A stretch of DNA of 58,377 bases, filler included, from Dimargaris cristalligena (Eukaryota): NCBI GenBank assembly GCA_003614675.1. It is 2 parts of 2 records of this genome, joined end to end, with 100 filler letters (N's around TTAATTAATTAA, not from the genome) between each part and the next. Parts side by side here need not be neighbours in the genome. Positions count along the whole stretch, not along the records: positions 1 to 29,183 come from ML002490.1; positions 29,284 to 58,377 come from ML002491.1. One strand, written 5' to 3'. The notes beneath the pieces are model-generated. The model was not told the origin of the DNA. It did no database searches and was given only the letters and a program-made list of their open reading frames with translations. Below, piece after piece: positions 26,603-39,265 of this stretch; within the stretch, counting starts at the first letter, position 1; each line of letters starts with the position of its first letter. A program made the position numbers and the translations under genes.

Positions 26603-27259
26603 ATGTACACCTTCAAGAAGCTCGCTCTCTTCGGCCTGGCCGCCTCTACTTTGGTCGCCCAAAGCATGGCCTACTTCTGGTCTACCCAGCCCATCCAGGC
26701 CACCAACTGGGACCCCCAGCAGACCCACACCGTCCAGTGGCAGCCCCAGTTGGGCGAGGGTGAAGTCGCCCCCAGCGCCGGTTCCACCTACCAGGTGTGG
26801 CTCATGACCGGTGGGGACTTGGAGCAGATCCCCATCATGCTCATCACCCCCGATGCCCTGCCCATCAGCCAGACCAGCTTCGACTTCTACATGCCCAACC
26901 TGAACCCCGGCCTCTACTTCCTCAAGTACGTCGCCAGCGAGGGTCTGGTCAACTGGTCCACCCGCTTCAGCGTCCTGCACGGTTCCGAGTCCTACCCCGC
27001 TCTGATCACCTCGGCCTCCGCCACTGCCACTACTACTAGCGAGACCCCCGCTGAACCCACCGACGAGCCCACCACCACCCCCGAAGTCACCGACTCCGTA
27101 ACCGAGTCCGTTACCGCCACTGACTCCGAGTCCGACTCCGCCGCCCCCACCAGTACCAACACCGAGACCACTACCGAGGAGCTGCCTACCGGTACCACCT
27201 CGTCGGCCGAGCCCACCTCCACCGTCCTGAAGTGCCGTCCCCGTCCCCAGGCCCTCTAA
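26603..27259 (+). CDS. Secreted Ser/Thr-rich cell-surface protein with a Kre9/Knh1-N-like domain and no GPI tail
   Basis: Signal peptide; beta-sandwich-type motifs (TVQW, VWLMTG, YFLKY, WSTRFSV); Thr/Ser/Glu-rich stalk; ends KCRPRPQAL. Strong C-ending codon bias. Confidence 0.85.
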   Translation: MYTFKKLALFGLAASTLVAQSMAYFWSTQPIQATNWDPQQTHTVQWQPQLGEGEVAPSAGSTYQVWLMTGGDLEQIPIMLITPDALPISQTSFDFYMPNLNPGLYFLKYVASEGLVNWSTRFSVLHGSESYPALITSASATATTTSETPAEPTDEPTTTPEVTDSVTESVTATDSESDSAAPTSTNTETTTEELPTGTTSSAEPTSTVLKCRPRPQAL

Positions 27260-27363
27260 ACGGACGACCACCCTCGTGGTTTGAAACCCGGTGGTTCCTC
27301 CAGTCGAATCGGGAAATGCCTTACTTGATTGTAACCGCCAACCCTTCCTTCGCTGGTGAGACT

Positions 27364-27384
27364 TCTCTCTCTCTCTCTCTCTCT
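27364..27384. repeat. (CT)n microsatellite in the 3' flank; a (TG)n run also occurs at ~27573-27595
   Basis: Perfect dinucleotide runs read directly. Confidence 0.85.
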
Positions 27385-29183
27385 TGATCCTGGTGGTCAA
27401 ATTAGTATTGTGCGTTCGCAAGCCCTCGCAGCCCTCTAAGACCTGGGGGCTTGTTAGAGAAGAGATGTAACTCCGTTTCAACCTAGCCGTTTCCTTGCCC
27501 AGTCCATGTTACTCATGTATACGGTCTACAAATTTGCTTGTTGTATTGGTTTAATTCGTAGACTTTCAGCTATGTGTGTGTGTGTGTGTGTGTGTCGGAA
27601 TTAATATTAATGTTCTGGATCCTGGCGCTCTTTTATGAACCCGATGATCCTTCATCATGCCATCCATTATATATCCTTTTATTTGACCCTTCTTTCCTAA
27701 TCGATATCTGCCTAGACTCTTATAAAGCTAAACTATTTACCCATTAATCCGCTGGCCTTGAATACATGACCTACCGTATGGCAATGCCTGTGGGCTGTAA
27801 GGGGGGGGGGTGCACAGTACATTGCTGGCAGTTGCCCTACATAGTTTCAATTGGTCGCTTTCAAAGCTGAGTGTGTTTAGCACTGCTGGACAAGAAATTG
27901 GACTGGTATGGTGAGTGTGTCTTATCACCGATCCCAAGCCTGAATTACATGGGGTGCGTGTATGTGTATGGGTAGGTTGCTCATGGAAAAGCTGGGAGGG
28001 GGGTAGCTAAACCCCCCCTTCCCTTTCACCTTCCCATTGTAATGCGTTAGTTGCCCATAGGCTTGGCTTGGGGAATCAACGTCGATACTGTCCAATGAGA
28101 AGAACAGGATAGGCTGTATTTGGTACCGATTGACTTGACCTTAGCGAACCGGAATAGGGCGGATTGCCGCGTCATTTGGGCGGAAATCATTTGCGGGGCT
28201 AATTCTCACCAATAACCGTCTGATATCCACCTTAGTAGCCCACGGCCGATTTTATTTGCCCTAACTTTAATTTAGTTTAACCGCTTATATACGCCAGCAT
28301 TGGTGGGGGAGGGCAGCGGAGTATTTTGTTTGCTGAGTGCGCCATCTGTCAATAACACTTAGCCATTCTCCGCCATGAATTAATAACCCATTTAGGTCGT
28401 CCTGAGCAGTCGCCGAATCACTACCATCAGTTCTATACAGCAGACCCCAGTGCACCACAGGTTGCACTACACGCCCTCCACTACTTAACCATCGCCTTTG
28501 CTAAAATGGTCTTGGGCATGGCTCTGGGTGTAGGGGAGAGGATGGCTATTCTAGATTATAATTATCATGGGGGGGTGAGATATTGCCACGACTGATTGGG
28601 TAGTTTGGGGCAGCATGGCCTTGTTGTCTGAGGTCAATGCGTTTGGGTGGTTATATTCTGACAAGGGGAGCCGCAGGCCTCCAAAACCAAATAGGCACCG
28701 TACCATTTCTATATTGACCCACTGCCACTGGACGAGTCTTTCTTTTTCAAGTAGCATCAGTCCGCTTTCGGCATTCTTGGGCTTCACAACCTTATGGCTG
28801 TGACGTTGGTGTCTGGACTCCTAGTAGTATGAAGACAATCAGTAAGTTGATCTGGCCTGCTGTCTGACACGCCAAACTCCGCCCATTACTAAACCACCAA
28901 GGCCAAGGGCAATCAGGACGACAATCCCACCAACTGACTTCGGCTACTGCCCTTCTTGGCGTATAATAAAGGCCGCTCTAAAAAGATTCAGTGATAATGG
29001 GGGGTTACAGTCCCCCAACCTAAGTATTGAGCCTGCACATGGGCATTCGTATTTACAATGTATTTATACAGCATATGGGAGAAGTTCATCCAAGCTGCAT
29101 AACGAAAAATCCATTTGATGAGGCAAGTACTACTGGTTGAAAATAAACATCCCACCAATTTTCCCATACACATATCGGTTAAA

Positions 29184-29283
29184 NNNNNNNNNNNNNNNNN
29201 NNNNNNNNNNNNNNNNNNNNNNNNNNNTTAATTAATTAANNNNNNNNNNNNNNNNNNNNNNNNNNNNNNNNNNNNNNNNNNNN
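29184..29283. other. Assembly gap / artificial linker
   Basis: 44 N + TTAATTAATTAA (stops in all six frames) + 44 N = 100 nt. Confidence 0.97.
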
Positions 29284-29455
29284 GGTATAAAATATAATAA
29301 TAAGAAAAACAATATAATAATGAAAATGGAGGGAAAATGACTATACTCATCAGGGGCAGGGGCAGGGGCTCATTCACTCATCAGGGGTGTACTTCTGATA
29401 AGTGCAAAAAATAGATAAAAAATAAAAGTAGGTAAAAAATATGGTGAGTTCACCA

Positions 29456-29671
29456 CACCCCTAATAAACCCTATATATGCTCACTCCTGTTGTACTAACC
29501 AGTAAGTATGCTGCTGCATGTCCCTTACCTATACCTGTGCTTAGCCTTTATTAGCTAGTACCATGCCTGTACCTAACACTTGTAGCCCACTTAGCCAAGC
29601 CTAAGCCCCACCTACCATTAGAAGCCTATCCTCGGGACTCTTAACAGACTAAGAGTGGTTAACCTGGGTGA
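29456..29671 (+). mobile_element. Truncated LTR (3' part) of the same family
   Basis: Aligns to ~3245-3465 (AATAAA..CCCCACCTACCATTAGAAGCCTATCCTC..GACTAAGAGTGGTTAACC); terminal CA missing. Confidence 0.85.
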
Positions 29672-31173
29672 ATTCTACATAGGCAAACTCCTAATAAGTA
29701 TAGTAATAGTAATAATCTTAACTAGTACCTATGTATCAGGACTGGGGGACAATATTTGCAGAGTATTTTGGTAATTATAATCTATTTTTTCAGCAGCCCT
29801 AATCATTGTTTACCATAAGCTCTAAAACCCCCTTATCTACCCAGTATGTAACCTTGGGTAATTATGCACCTACCAGATGGGGACCCTCAGTATTAGCATT
29901 AGAATATCCAGAGTAGGAAGCTGAGCCCATTTCCCAAATTCCTAAGCATAGTACATTAAAGGAAGAGCAACCCAAAACCAATTCACTGTGTTAACTGTAA
30001 GTAGTGGGATATGTTAAACTGCACCTCCCCCAAGTACCAGTTTATTATAAGCAATATTATTTTAGTTGAGATATGTCTGGTAAATATAACCACAGAGAGT
30101 ATATGTTTATCCTTGCAGTTCCTTCTTCTAGTTTATTCAAGTTGGTTAAATTAATTTAATAATATTAGTATAACATATATCAAGAGAATCTGCAATTATA
30201 TGGGAGAAGTTCATCCAAGCTGTATAACAAAAAATCCATTGGATGGGGCCAATACTACTAGTTAAAAATAAATTTCCCATATATTCTCCTGTGCATGTAT
30301 AATGTCAACCTTTATATAGTTGGGCTGAATTTCACCCATATCTAGCCATTCTACCCTAATTAATTATTGTTCCGAGGCCTCCCTTACCTAACATTTGGCT
30401 GGACTGGAAGCCATTGGGTGTTGACTCTATAATTGGGGATTTATGTATGACTGAGATTGCTCAACAGTGGTACATATTGATATCTAGGCTAAAGCTTGCT
30501 CATTGGCATAGTTCTATCAATGGAGGTGAATTTTAAGGAGATCTGAAAGACTGGTGAATAATTCATGAAGACACTGACCATGGGATGTGTTATCCAATGT
30601 CTATCATCTGACCAACCCGGATTACAGGATATTCAGACCTATTAATATTTCACCCTCTCCGAGGTATCTATTCCAAATGCCAACTTTATCAACAGTGATT
30701 GGGAAGGCTTCCCATAGCCCATTGTCAGTTTCCCTGACCAACTGTGCAATAGTATTCCTTCACTTAGCTGTCGGGTTCAATCATTTATTAATTTTGGATT
30801 ACATGAGTAAAACGGTTGGACTGGAGCTGCCCTACACATTTACACTCGTAGTTTGTCCAGAATAAAATATTCAACCCCTCACAAAAAATCCGGTGTATAC
30901 CAAACATAGGGATGCATAAGGTGCAGTATTCCATCCACAATGAATAGCTAGAACAATAGGTAGGTCAGTGATGCAATGAACCAATTCAGTACACTCTAAA
31001 AAGGTATACCTACTTGCCTTTGACACAGCCCAAATGTGATTGAAAGAGTTGGGGATGAGGGCCATGACCAAGGTCAGGTATTTTTGGAAGTTGTATTGAC
31101 TACACACTCCGTCTATTTGCCCCATTCTCTAACCCCACCCCCCCCATACATTACGCTTCTTCTATTGGAGCTA

Positions 31174-34100
31174 TCAAAGTCTAAGGGGTTTCAACCATTG
31201 ATCGGCAGCTTGGAACGCTTCCGCCAACTTAGGGTCAATGCCGGAAGAGTCGGCATTCGCCTTGGCCAGCGTTTTGACGGCGGCCATCACTTCGTCCCAG
31301 AACTGGAAGGCTCGCACCAGGTCCGCCTTGGGGTCATCAAACGACCCCAAGGTCGATCGAACGGTTTCGAGAGCGGCTTCGACAGTTGCCGGGGATGTCG
31401 CTGGAGTGGTGGTAGTGGTCGCAGTCGCAGTCGAAGTAGGGGAAGCTGTTGCCTGTTCCTGCGGCCCCTTCAAGCGTTGTTCCAAATAAGTTAGGGCCAG
31501 CATCCCCATACCGGTATTCACTTCTTTATCGAAGGGTAAGCCCTGACCAATGGTCAAATAGTGGTTACCCTGGGGTTTGGCCACCCGATTCGTCAAAAAC
31601 AGGTGGAGCGTGGCCATTTCGGTCAAATTACGGAGGGTTTTCGTGACAGCCCGGGCGCAACTGTTGAAGGCCAGGAGGTCCCGGCTCAGCGGGGCGGTGC
31701 CCTTCCAACCCGTTGTAGGGGTTTTCGCATTGAAGCGGCCCGGGATGAGACTCACGGCACGAGTAATGAGCGTCAGGTGTCGGCGCACGGAATCGTCGAG
31801 CGATGCCCAAAACGGGTGGGCTTTCGGGGTGTCATATACGACACTGAAGGGTTCGGGCTTCAAAATATGGTACCGGATTAATAACAGACCCACTAGAAGT
31901 TCGGGAAAGAACATGGTGGGGCTGTCCGCACCATTAATGCCAACCGTCAGGGTCCTGGGCTCCTTAATCGTTAGAAAGGTCTGACAACTGGCCAGGAGGG
32001 CACGTCCGTAAGCCGTAGCCTTGTACTGCTTGTCAATAAAGCCCGTTTCAGCCAAAACGGTCAAGTTGACGCTCGCTAAAATCTGACTGGGAGTTTTAAG
32101 GTACGCCGGGGTGTCGCGTGCTTGTAGATGTGGCAGGCTAGGGGTAAGCAGCGCCGATAGGCAATTTTTGAACCCAACAGAGCGGATACCCAGTCTATCT
32201 ACCGCTTCCACGTCAACCATAATGGGTGCCACCGTGGTTTTGGAATGGGCTATAATATGTTCAACTGTGGGCTCGAAATAGTACATGGTAGCCTAAAATT
32301 AGAGTAAAGGCAAGGAGGGGGGGTGCATTATTGAGTCACAAAGTACCATCCAAAGTATCGATCAGTCACAGACATGGTTAGAATTTAGTGACCATGGGAC
32401 TGGTTGCTGCATGAAAATTAGGCGTCTATTGTATTAAATACGCGGATGGAGCCCAGTCCGGTTATAGGATGAAACCTCCCTCAGGTGGCTGAACCTCCCC
32501 CAACTTTAAGCCTATTCAACCATAAATGTCGGTGGACCTATCCAGTATTGAACGGCCACAGGGTAGTAACCGAGACCAGGCAATATATATATATATGAAC
32601 TTCTAATGCTACTTACCACCTTCCGGTTGTGGTAAAACTGGTTCAGGCAGCTCGATAGCAAAGCCAGCGTTTTCGTTCGCAATGGCAAAAGCTCGGTCAG
32701 CAATTTCTTGTACTCACTCGTCTCGCCATTGCAAATGGGTGCCGTTTCGAGGAGGAAGCCGGATACCAGATTGTTGAGGACTTGGGGCCCAATGAGGCCC
32801 TGGGCTAAGTACAGGTAGACGGAGTCGGGGAACCGGTACCCGATGAATTCGTGAATGTCGCTGGGAGCCTGGTCGGCGTTGAGGGGAACGACGTGGCCCT
32901 CGGTATTTAGGATCAAGTGGTACTTGACCGCGCAGCGGGTGCGACAGAAGCTGTCCACGTACTTCACTTTAATGACCTGCGGATTATCGGAGTATTTCTG
33001 CACCGCGTTGAATCCCGTCTTGTGCTGTTTAATCAGTTCCAGTACGTCCTTGAAGGTAAACCCTTTCGTATCCCCTTCGAGAGGGGGAAACGTGATGGAC
33101 CAGTCGAAGCCCGCCAAAATGCATACGTCGAGGAACTGCTCCGGGGAGATGTCCAGGTCCTGTAGAGTTTGGCGTTTGCTCAGCCACGCGAAAGTACCCT
33201 TGTCGAAATCGAGACTGACAATGACCCGGTCTACATCGAAGATGAGCATTTCCGAGCCGGCGTGGATGGTATGGATGGGCGCCTGGGGGTGTTTCTGCAG
33301 GTAAATCAGTTGGCCCCAGGCCGAATAGGGGGCCCGCATGAATTCCACTCCGTGGAGGGCCAGTAGGCGAAACACTTCGGGTAGCATATCCAGGGGGCTG
33401 ATGGAGCCTGAGGAACCCCAGCTGCTCAGGGCGAGATCCAGTTGTTGGTTATCGTACGCTTTCCAGGCATTGGTTCGTTTGTTGGGACGACTGTCCGGTT
33501 TGGAAAAGGGCTTGTCTTTCCGGAGAAGATTGACGCCGCTGAACACAAAGAAGGGGTGTATTTGGTGGCTCTTGAAGGCATTCAGCTCCCGTTCAACGGC
33601 GGCCTCGAGACCGAGGGGGATACCGCCCATGGCCGCCGGGTACGGGTCCCGGACTACCCGCTGAAGTAGTTTACGGAGCCAGTGGTTGCCATCGATGCCA
33701 ACTCGGATTCCATTGAGAACGTTCAGGGGTGACGTTTGAATAAGTTGGCGCTCGGCCGTAAAATCTAATTAAGCGGAGCGGTCGAGGGGAATGGAGGACA
33801 AGTAGATATATTAGAAAATGGCGGGGATTACAGGAAAGGCTATAGCTAATACTAGCTTAGCAGTGATGGCATACAGCGAAGTCCTTCGATTAGGATATCG
33901 TACATATCAGCCTCTGACGAACTATTACTATATTAGGTAACAAGAAGTAGACCATGTAGTTCAGTAGTAGAGTACTGCACCGTTCGCCTCTACAAAGTCG
34001 GGTCTTATACCTAGGGAGGGGATGCTGAACAGCTATAGCTTTAGGTCGAGTAATAGAAGGCGCGGGCCTAATGTAGACTTGCAAGCACGGGTTGAACAAG

Positions 34101-34238
34101 CCTCAAGTCATCAACACTCCTCTAGAATGCAACAATGGACCCGACAACCGCAAGGCTTAAGCGCATTCGGGAATCCGATACTCCACCCTAATCTACTGCC
34201 TTTAAATGGGACTTACAATCGAAATGGCGAACGGGCAT
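31174..34238 (-). CDS. MKT1: Mkt1 (XPG/PIN-like post-transcriptional regulator)
   Basis: Exons 34238-34217, 33764-32617 and 32292-31174. MPVRHFD start; RVGIDGNHWL; PFFVFSG; EFMRAPYSAWGQL; APSDIHEFIGYRFP; PLSRDLLAFNS. Confidence 0.9.
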
Positions 34239-35225
34239 AGTCGAAGGTGATGTTGTGAATAGATAGATGTGGTAGATGATATGATTAACCAAAGGACGGC
34301 CCGAAAGAAATTCAATAAGAATGTATAGTGTCGGAGTACTGTCGCCGGTAAAATGGGATTCCTAAGGCGATCGGGTATAAAGGTAGTCGAATTGAAGTGA
34401 ATTTGAAGATGAGGATGGAGTGAGAAAAGCCCGCCGTAACCCTATAGTGACTGAGTTATAGCCAGCATACAATGAATCTGTGAAGTGTCCGGGTGCCTCG
34501 ATACTACATGCTATGCGGCTGACCGGAGAGTGAAATTGTGGCTTCGATTCATCGCCTCCTACCGTTAAGGGTGTAAGTAGTACACTCCATACTGTAATGA
34601 TTCCAAGTACCATGCTACTGCCTATCTAAACGGCCTCTTAATAGCCCTCATTTTCCACACCCCATAGTTCACCTTTCCATATTAAAAAGCAATGAATAAG
34701 CAGCTCCGTAGCATTTTTTTCCTTAAGGCATTGGCTTTTCACTGGCCTTTAGTGGCGGAATAGCCCTGGTTAATATTCTATAAGCAGCAGTATAGCCCCC
34801 CCCCCATTAATGCGGAACCCGGTTGGAGCATTTATTATCCGCGGAGTAGTCACCTCAAGCAAAGCACTTAGACACGCTTTTGAATACGCCGAGGGATAGT
34901 TGACTATTATATCGCACCCTCGTAGAATGAAGGGGACATCAGGTGGTATACAAAAAGGAGTATTTTGAACATATGGTATTCAAAACGGCCAATTGCACCA
35001 ATACAACTGAGGTATTCACTGTAGGGGGGGGGGGTTCAAATCTACCATTTAATACAAAATCATGTTTAATGCAGTAGGTCTACTGGTCTATTTTCCATTT
35101 CATTGTTCGTCCAACTTATCAAGACCAGAATGCTGGATTTCGCCCATATCTAACTCCTAAACCACCAAAATGAAAGAGGGCTAACAGACAACTCTGGGGA
35201 GTACAAAAAACCTCCAAAATTAATT

Positions 35226-35308
35226 TGCTAACTGTGAGATTCGAACTCACGCCTCTTTCGAGACCGCAACTTGAGTGCGGCGCCTTAGACCAACTCGGCC
35301 AAATTAGC
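35226..35308 (-). tRNA. tRNA-Leu(CAA), intronless, long variable arm
   Basis: Acceptor stem GCTAATT/AGTTAGC; D arm GGCCGAGTTGGTCTAAGGC; anticodon arm CCGCA-CTCAAGT-TGCGG; variable arm; T loop GTTCGAATC; discriminator A. Confidence 0.96.
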
Positions 35309-37623
35309 TTATTGGAAAATTTGAGCGTATTTAAGCTATATTCTATATATACATTGATAGCTAATTCTTATTAGACGATATTTGTTGCTGCCGACTGGGT
35401 ACTTCTCATTTTTACAGTCACAGGTAGCTCTTAAGAGAAGCTGTCAATTCGGTTTATTTTTTCAGTAACAAGGGTCATTAACTGTCCAATGTGTTTACCT
35501 TATTAAATAGGCCGGGGGTAATTTGTACACATTGGATATGTACAGGTTCTGTAGTCAAAGCAGTATTTGGCCATTAAATGACATAATTACCTAGACGGAT
35601 ATTTCTTACCAGGGATACTTTAGACTTTAATAGCGAATGTCTACTCAAATATGCCACTATATCCCACACATTCTCCAGCCTGGAGATTGCTGAATGAAGT
35701 AGTGCGTATTCCTTATGATGATTGTGATGAGGGGACTTGGCAAACATGCTAGGCCATTCCGATTGGTGAGAATCCATTGTCGTGTTCTCAGGCCCCAGAT
35801 GTAATTCGAAGAGAGGGATCCTTTTCCAACGTTTTACTGCTTACGTTTTTTACTCTATTGTTCTACCGGGGGATGTTTTTTCTGTTACCTTCCCAAGCTG
35901 AAAGGTTGTTTATTCTATATCTTCATCTGGATTTGCTAAAAATGCCATACGCTGCGAAGACCCAACCCCCCCTTTACACTCGCCAATTGTGCCATGCCCG
36001 CCCACATATTAGAGCTTCAATAATAGCCAGGGTTAATAACCTATTTATAATGCACTGGTTTGTGGTGCCGGTGACCTGCTGGCGTGTGGTCCAGACGACT
36101 TATTCATAGTAAGAAAATCAGGTGAGCGGTTGACAGTGAAGTGATTTATGCAACGAAAGCCATTGGGGTTGGCAATGTGAGAATTCTCCTACGTAATCTT
36201 AATACACCATATAAAAAAGAAGGGGGTGAAGTATTAGAGACAATCGGCTTAATAGGGTTGAAAGCGGAACTTGAATGAGTGGGAGTGATCCTAAATCTGG
36301 ACTCATTTTAGTTGATCAAAAGCCGAACCTATTTCATTGAATAAGGAAGAGCCAAGGACTGCTGAGCCGGTAGATTTCAATGGCAGCGTAAGAGTGGCGG
36401 CAATGAATGGGAAGGAGTGTTGGAGTTAGCCACCATTCACTTCACCAGGGGAGGAAGGAAATGAACTGATACCCTCTAGCCACCAGCAACTTCCCCTTCC
36501 CCATATAGTTTGGTGTCTCTGTCGGAGGATTATCGAGAGCCACCACCAGGAGAATGGAGAGAGGGAGGGGCAGGTATAGACAGACAGACAGCGAGAGGGA
36601 AGAAGGGAGAGGATGTATAATACATTCAGAGTGATACTAGAAGAGCTGTAAGTGGTTTGCCCAGGGCCAATGGGGAAACAGGTATGCTGCAAATTCCGGT
36701 GACCAGCAAACCACAAAGCAGATAGAGAGAGGGAGGGGGCCTGCAAGTCGGGGAATGCTGGCTGTTGGTGAATGTGCATGGGTAATATATATGAAAAGAC
36801 CCACAGTAAAAGGCACCTGGACGCAGGGCAAAAGAACCGATAGAGACAGGACGAACCTCTTCCACTCTTCCCGCAATAGAGTGGCGGAAGAGCAAGAGTG
36901 GACATTAACAATGCGACCGGGTAGGAATTCTGCGATCGGGGCATTGGCGGCTGTACCAGTGAACATTGAGGGGCGGAATAAATAGGCGAACGGGGGCAAT
37001 GGTAAAGCCAAACGAGAAGCCCCGAAGAAGGGTTTGTGGGTGTTATGTCCATTCATTCATTCATCCATTTGGTGGCAGAGTGGATTCCAAGGCTGTATAG
37101 TAAGTAGTAGTAGCCAGCCTTCTTAATCATCCGCCTCTCTTCCCCTTAGTTCCGCCTACGTCTCCCTCTCCGCAACAATCAACCATCGATAATTGTTTAT
37201 AAGTATATAAATCGCCCTGCTCGCGGTCCACCTCCTACTTTTTGTATTGTTCTCTCCATTCGTCATTTCAGTGTCTCCACACTGTTTCTTCATGATTGGC
37301 ACTGCCCATTCACATCAGCAAGCGTCCCACTGGTCCTCCGTTTAACGTGCCCTCCGCCTTCTTACTGAGTATCTTTTATTTATTCCTTCTTTTGACTTAC
37401 GCTTTATTTCTCCTTCTTTTCTTTTATCGAAAATATTCTGTAATCCACCCGCCTTGGAGACCTGGCAAGACTTGACCTTTTTGTCCTCGGTTGTTTAGAG
37501 CTGTTCTATACCTTGCTTGACTTACCTTGATTATCTATTAATTGTTCTCAGTTGTAACACACCCACAACCCCATATATATTCTTTCTCACTTATCAGAGA
37601 TTTACATATCATCATTTTTCTCC

Positions 37624-38769
37624 ATGAAGCTATCCCACTTGTCACTTGGTCTTTTTGCTTCGGGGGCGTGGGCCTACCCCGACTCCACCCTGCTGCGCCG
37701 AGCCTCCTCCGACGCCTGTAACGGATATGCGGAGCTGTGCGATCGTCCCTACTCGGCGGTTGTCTACCCTACGACGCACAACTCCTACGCGAGCTATGCG
37801 GGAATTGCCGGTAACCAAAATAAAGATATCAGCATCCAGCTCCAAGACGGTATCCGGGCTCTTCAACTCGACTTTTTACCCAGCTCGAATGATACTAATG
37901 TCGTTGAGCTCTGTCATACACAGTGTCTGTTTTTGGATGCCGGTCCGGCCACGCTGGCCCTACGGAACATTACCACGTTCCTCAATAACAATCCCCGGGA
38001 GGTGGTGACTATTCTCATCGAGAATGCCGGGCGATTGGGCGTCCAGCAAATGGCGTCGGCATTTGAGGAGGTGGGCCTCGACAAATACGCCTGGACTCAG
38101 TCGAGTTCCGGTAGCAATAGCACATCTAATGGCAGTAGCGGGGCCCTTGACTGGCCGACCCTCCAAACCATGATCGACCAGAACAAGCGCCTGGTGGTAT
38201 TCACCGATACGGGCGCCGATGCCAATACCGTGAGTTGGATACACGCCGAGTACACCTACGCCTGGGAGACTCCCTGGCAAACCATCTTAGGCGAGCAGTT
38301 CTCGTGCGTCGTCGATCGGCCCTCTACCTCCGCCCAGCCCGCCCTCGGTTCCCTCCAGGTGTTCAACCACTTCGTGTACCAGAACCAGCAGTTCCTCAGT
38401 GCCCAGTACCAAATCTCGGTACCCGCTAGTGCGAACACGACCAACTCCCTCGAATCCCTACAGAACCATTACGACTCCTGCCAAGCGGTGTACGCTACTC
38501 TACCGGGCCCGACCAGCGGGGGAAGTGGCAACAGCACGAATTCGACCGTCCTGCCCCGGGTGCCCAATTTCGTGGCCGTAGACTATTATAATGTAGGCGA
38601 CCTGTTCCGGTTTGTGGCTGAAGTCAACAATGTTACTTACAAGGCAGCCCCATCCTCCGACTCGTCATCATCTTCGGGTGCTTCCGCCTTGACCGGGGGT
38701 ATGGTACTGGTCCAGCTGTTCGCCCCACTTATGTTAACCGCGTTGTGGTTTACCGCTTTTGCACTATAG
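37624..38769 (+). CDS. Secreted PLC-like phosphodiesterase (PI-PLC X domain), probably GPI-anchored
   Basis: Signal peptide; CNGYAELCDRPYS; THNSYA; NQ..QLQDGIRALQLD; LCHT; NPREVVTI; WPTLQTMIDQNKRLVVF; PNFVAVDYY; Ser-rich spacer and hydrophobic C-terminus. Confidence 0.9.
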   Translation: MKLSHLSLGLFASGAWAYPDSTLLRRASSDACNGYAELCDRPYSAVVYPTTHNSYASYAGIAGNQNKDISIQLQDGIRALQLDFLPSSNDTNVVELCHTQCLFLDAGPATLALRNITTFLNNNPREVVTILIENAGRLGVQQMASAFEEVGLDKYAWTQSSSGSNSTSNGSSGALDWPTLQTMIDQNKRLVVFTDTGADANTVSWIHAEYTYAWETPWQTILGEQFSCVVDRPSTSAQPALGSLQVFNHFVYQNQQFLSAQYQISVPASANTTNSLESLQNHYDSCQAVYATLPGPTSGGSGNSTNSTVLPRVPNFVAVDYYNVGDLFRFVAEVNNVTYKAAPSSDSSSSSGASALTGGMVLVQLFAPLMLTALWFTAFAL

Positions 38770-39265
38770 TTAATTCATATTATTCTACCAACGAGACCAC
38801 ATTCATATTCTCTCAATAAACCCGTAATAATAGACATGTCTTATTTATATAAAAAGAGGGTTAGAATTGGTTTATCCTTCGTGCGAGGCAAATGTTATCC
38901 GTAGCGGGCGTTTGGCTGGTAGACGGGGGATCTCATTTTATAGTAAAGTATCGTCGCGCGGAGCGGAGCACTAGTGATATGCGTGGTTCCCTTTGATAGG
39001 TGGATGATGGTGTCCTCTTTATCCTATGTGTATGTGGTGTGTCTATCCAACCTGGTCGAGCATTTCCTCCTCCACTCTCACCTGTCAGCTTAGCTTGGAA
39101 TTCCGACCCATTGAGTAGAGCTCATCTTTGCTTCTTCGTGCTTTCCATTTCCTTACATATCCAGCTCCGCCTCGTTCATTCCCCCCCTCTTTTCCTCTAT
39201 AGGTTTCTTTTGACGCAGCGTCTTTTCTTGTAGTTTCCCCACTTTACCCACTTACTACAAATACC

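Larger units (their letters stand above)
29073..30290 (+). repeat. Diverged ~90-bp direct repeat pair (29073-~29165 and 30198-~30290)
   Basis: Both copies begin ATATGGGAGAAGTTCATCCAAGCTG and remain alignable through AAAATAAA. Confidence 0.8.

Noticed and set aside
26567-27481. 304-aa Gly/Val-rich antisense ORF
   Set aside because: Shadow of the strongly C-ending codon usage of the sense gene.
29700-31125. AT-rich, CpG-poor stretch with short ORFs, possibly a decayed transposon
   Set aside because: No transposase, reverse transcriptase or integrase motif could be recognised.
36426-37056. Overlapping 208-aa and 139-aa minus-strand ORFs
   Set aside because: Low-information translations of a purine-rich intergenic tract; no codon bias or domain.
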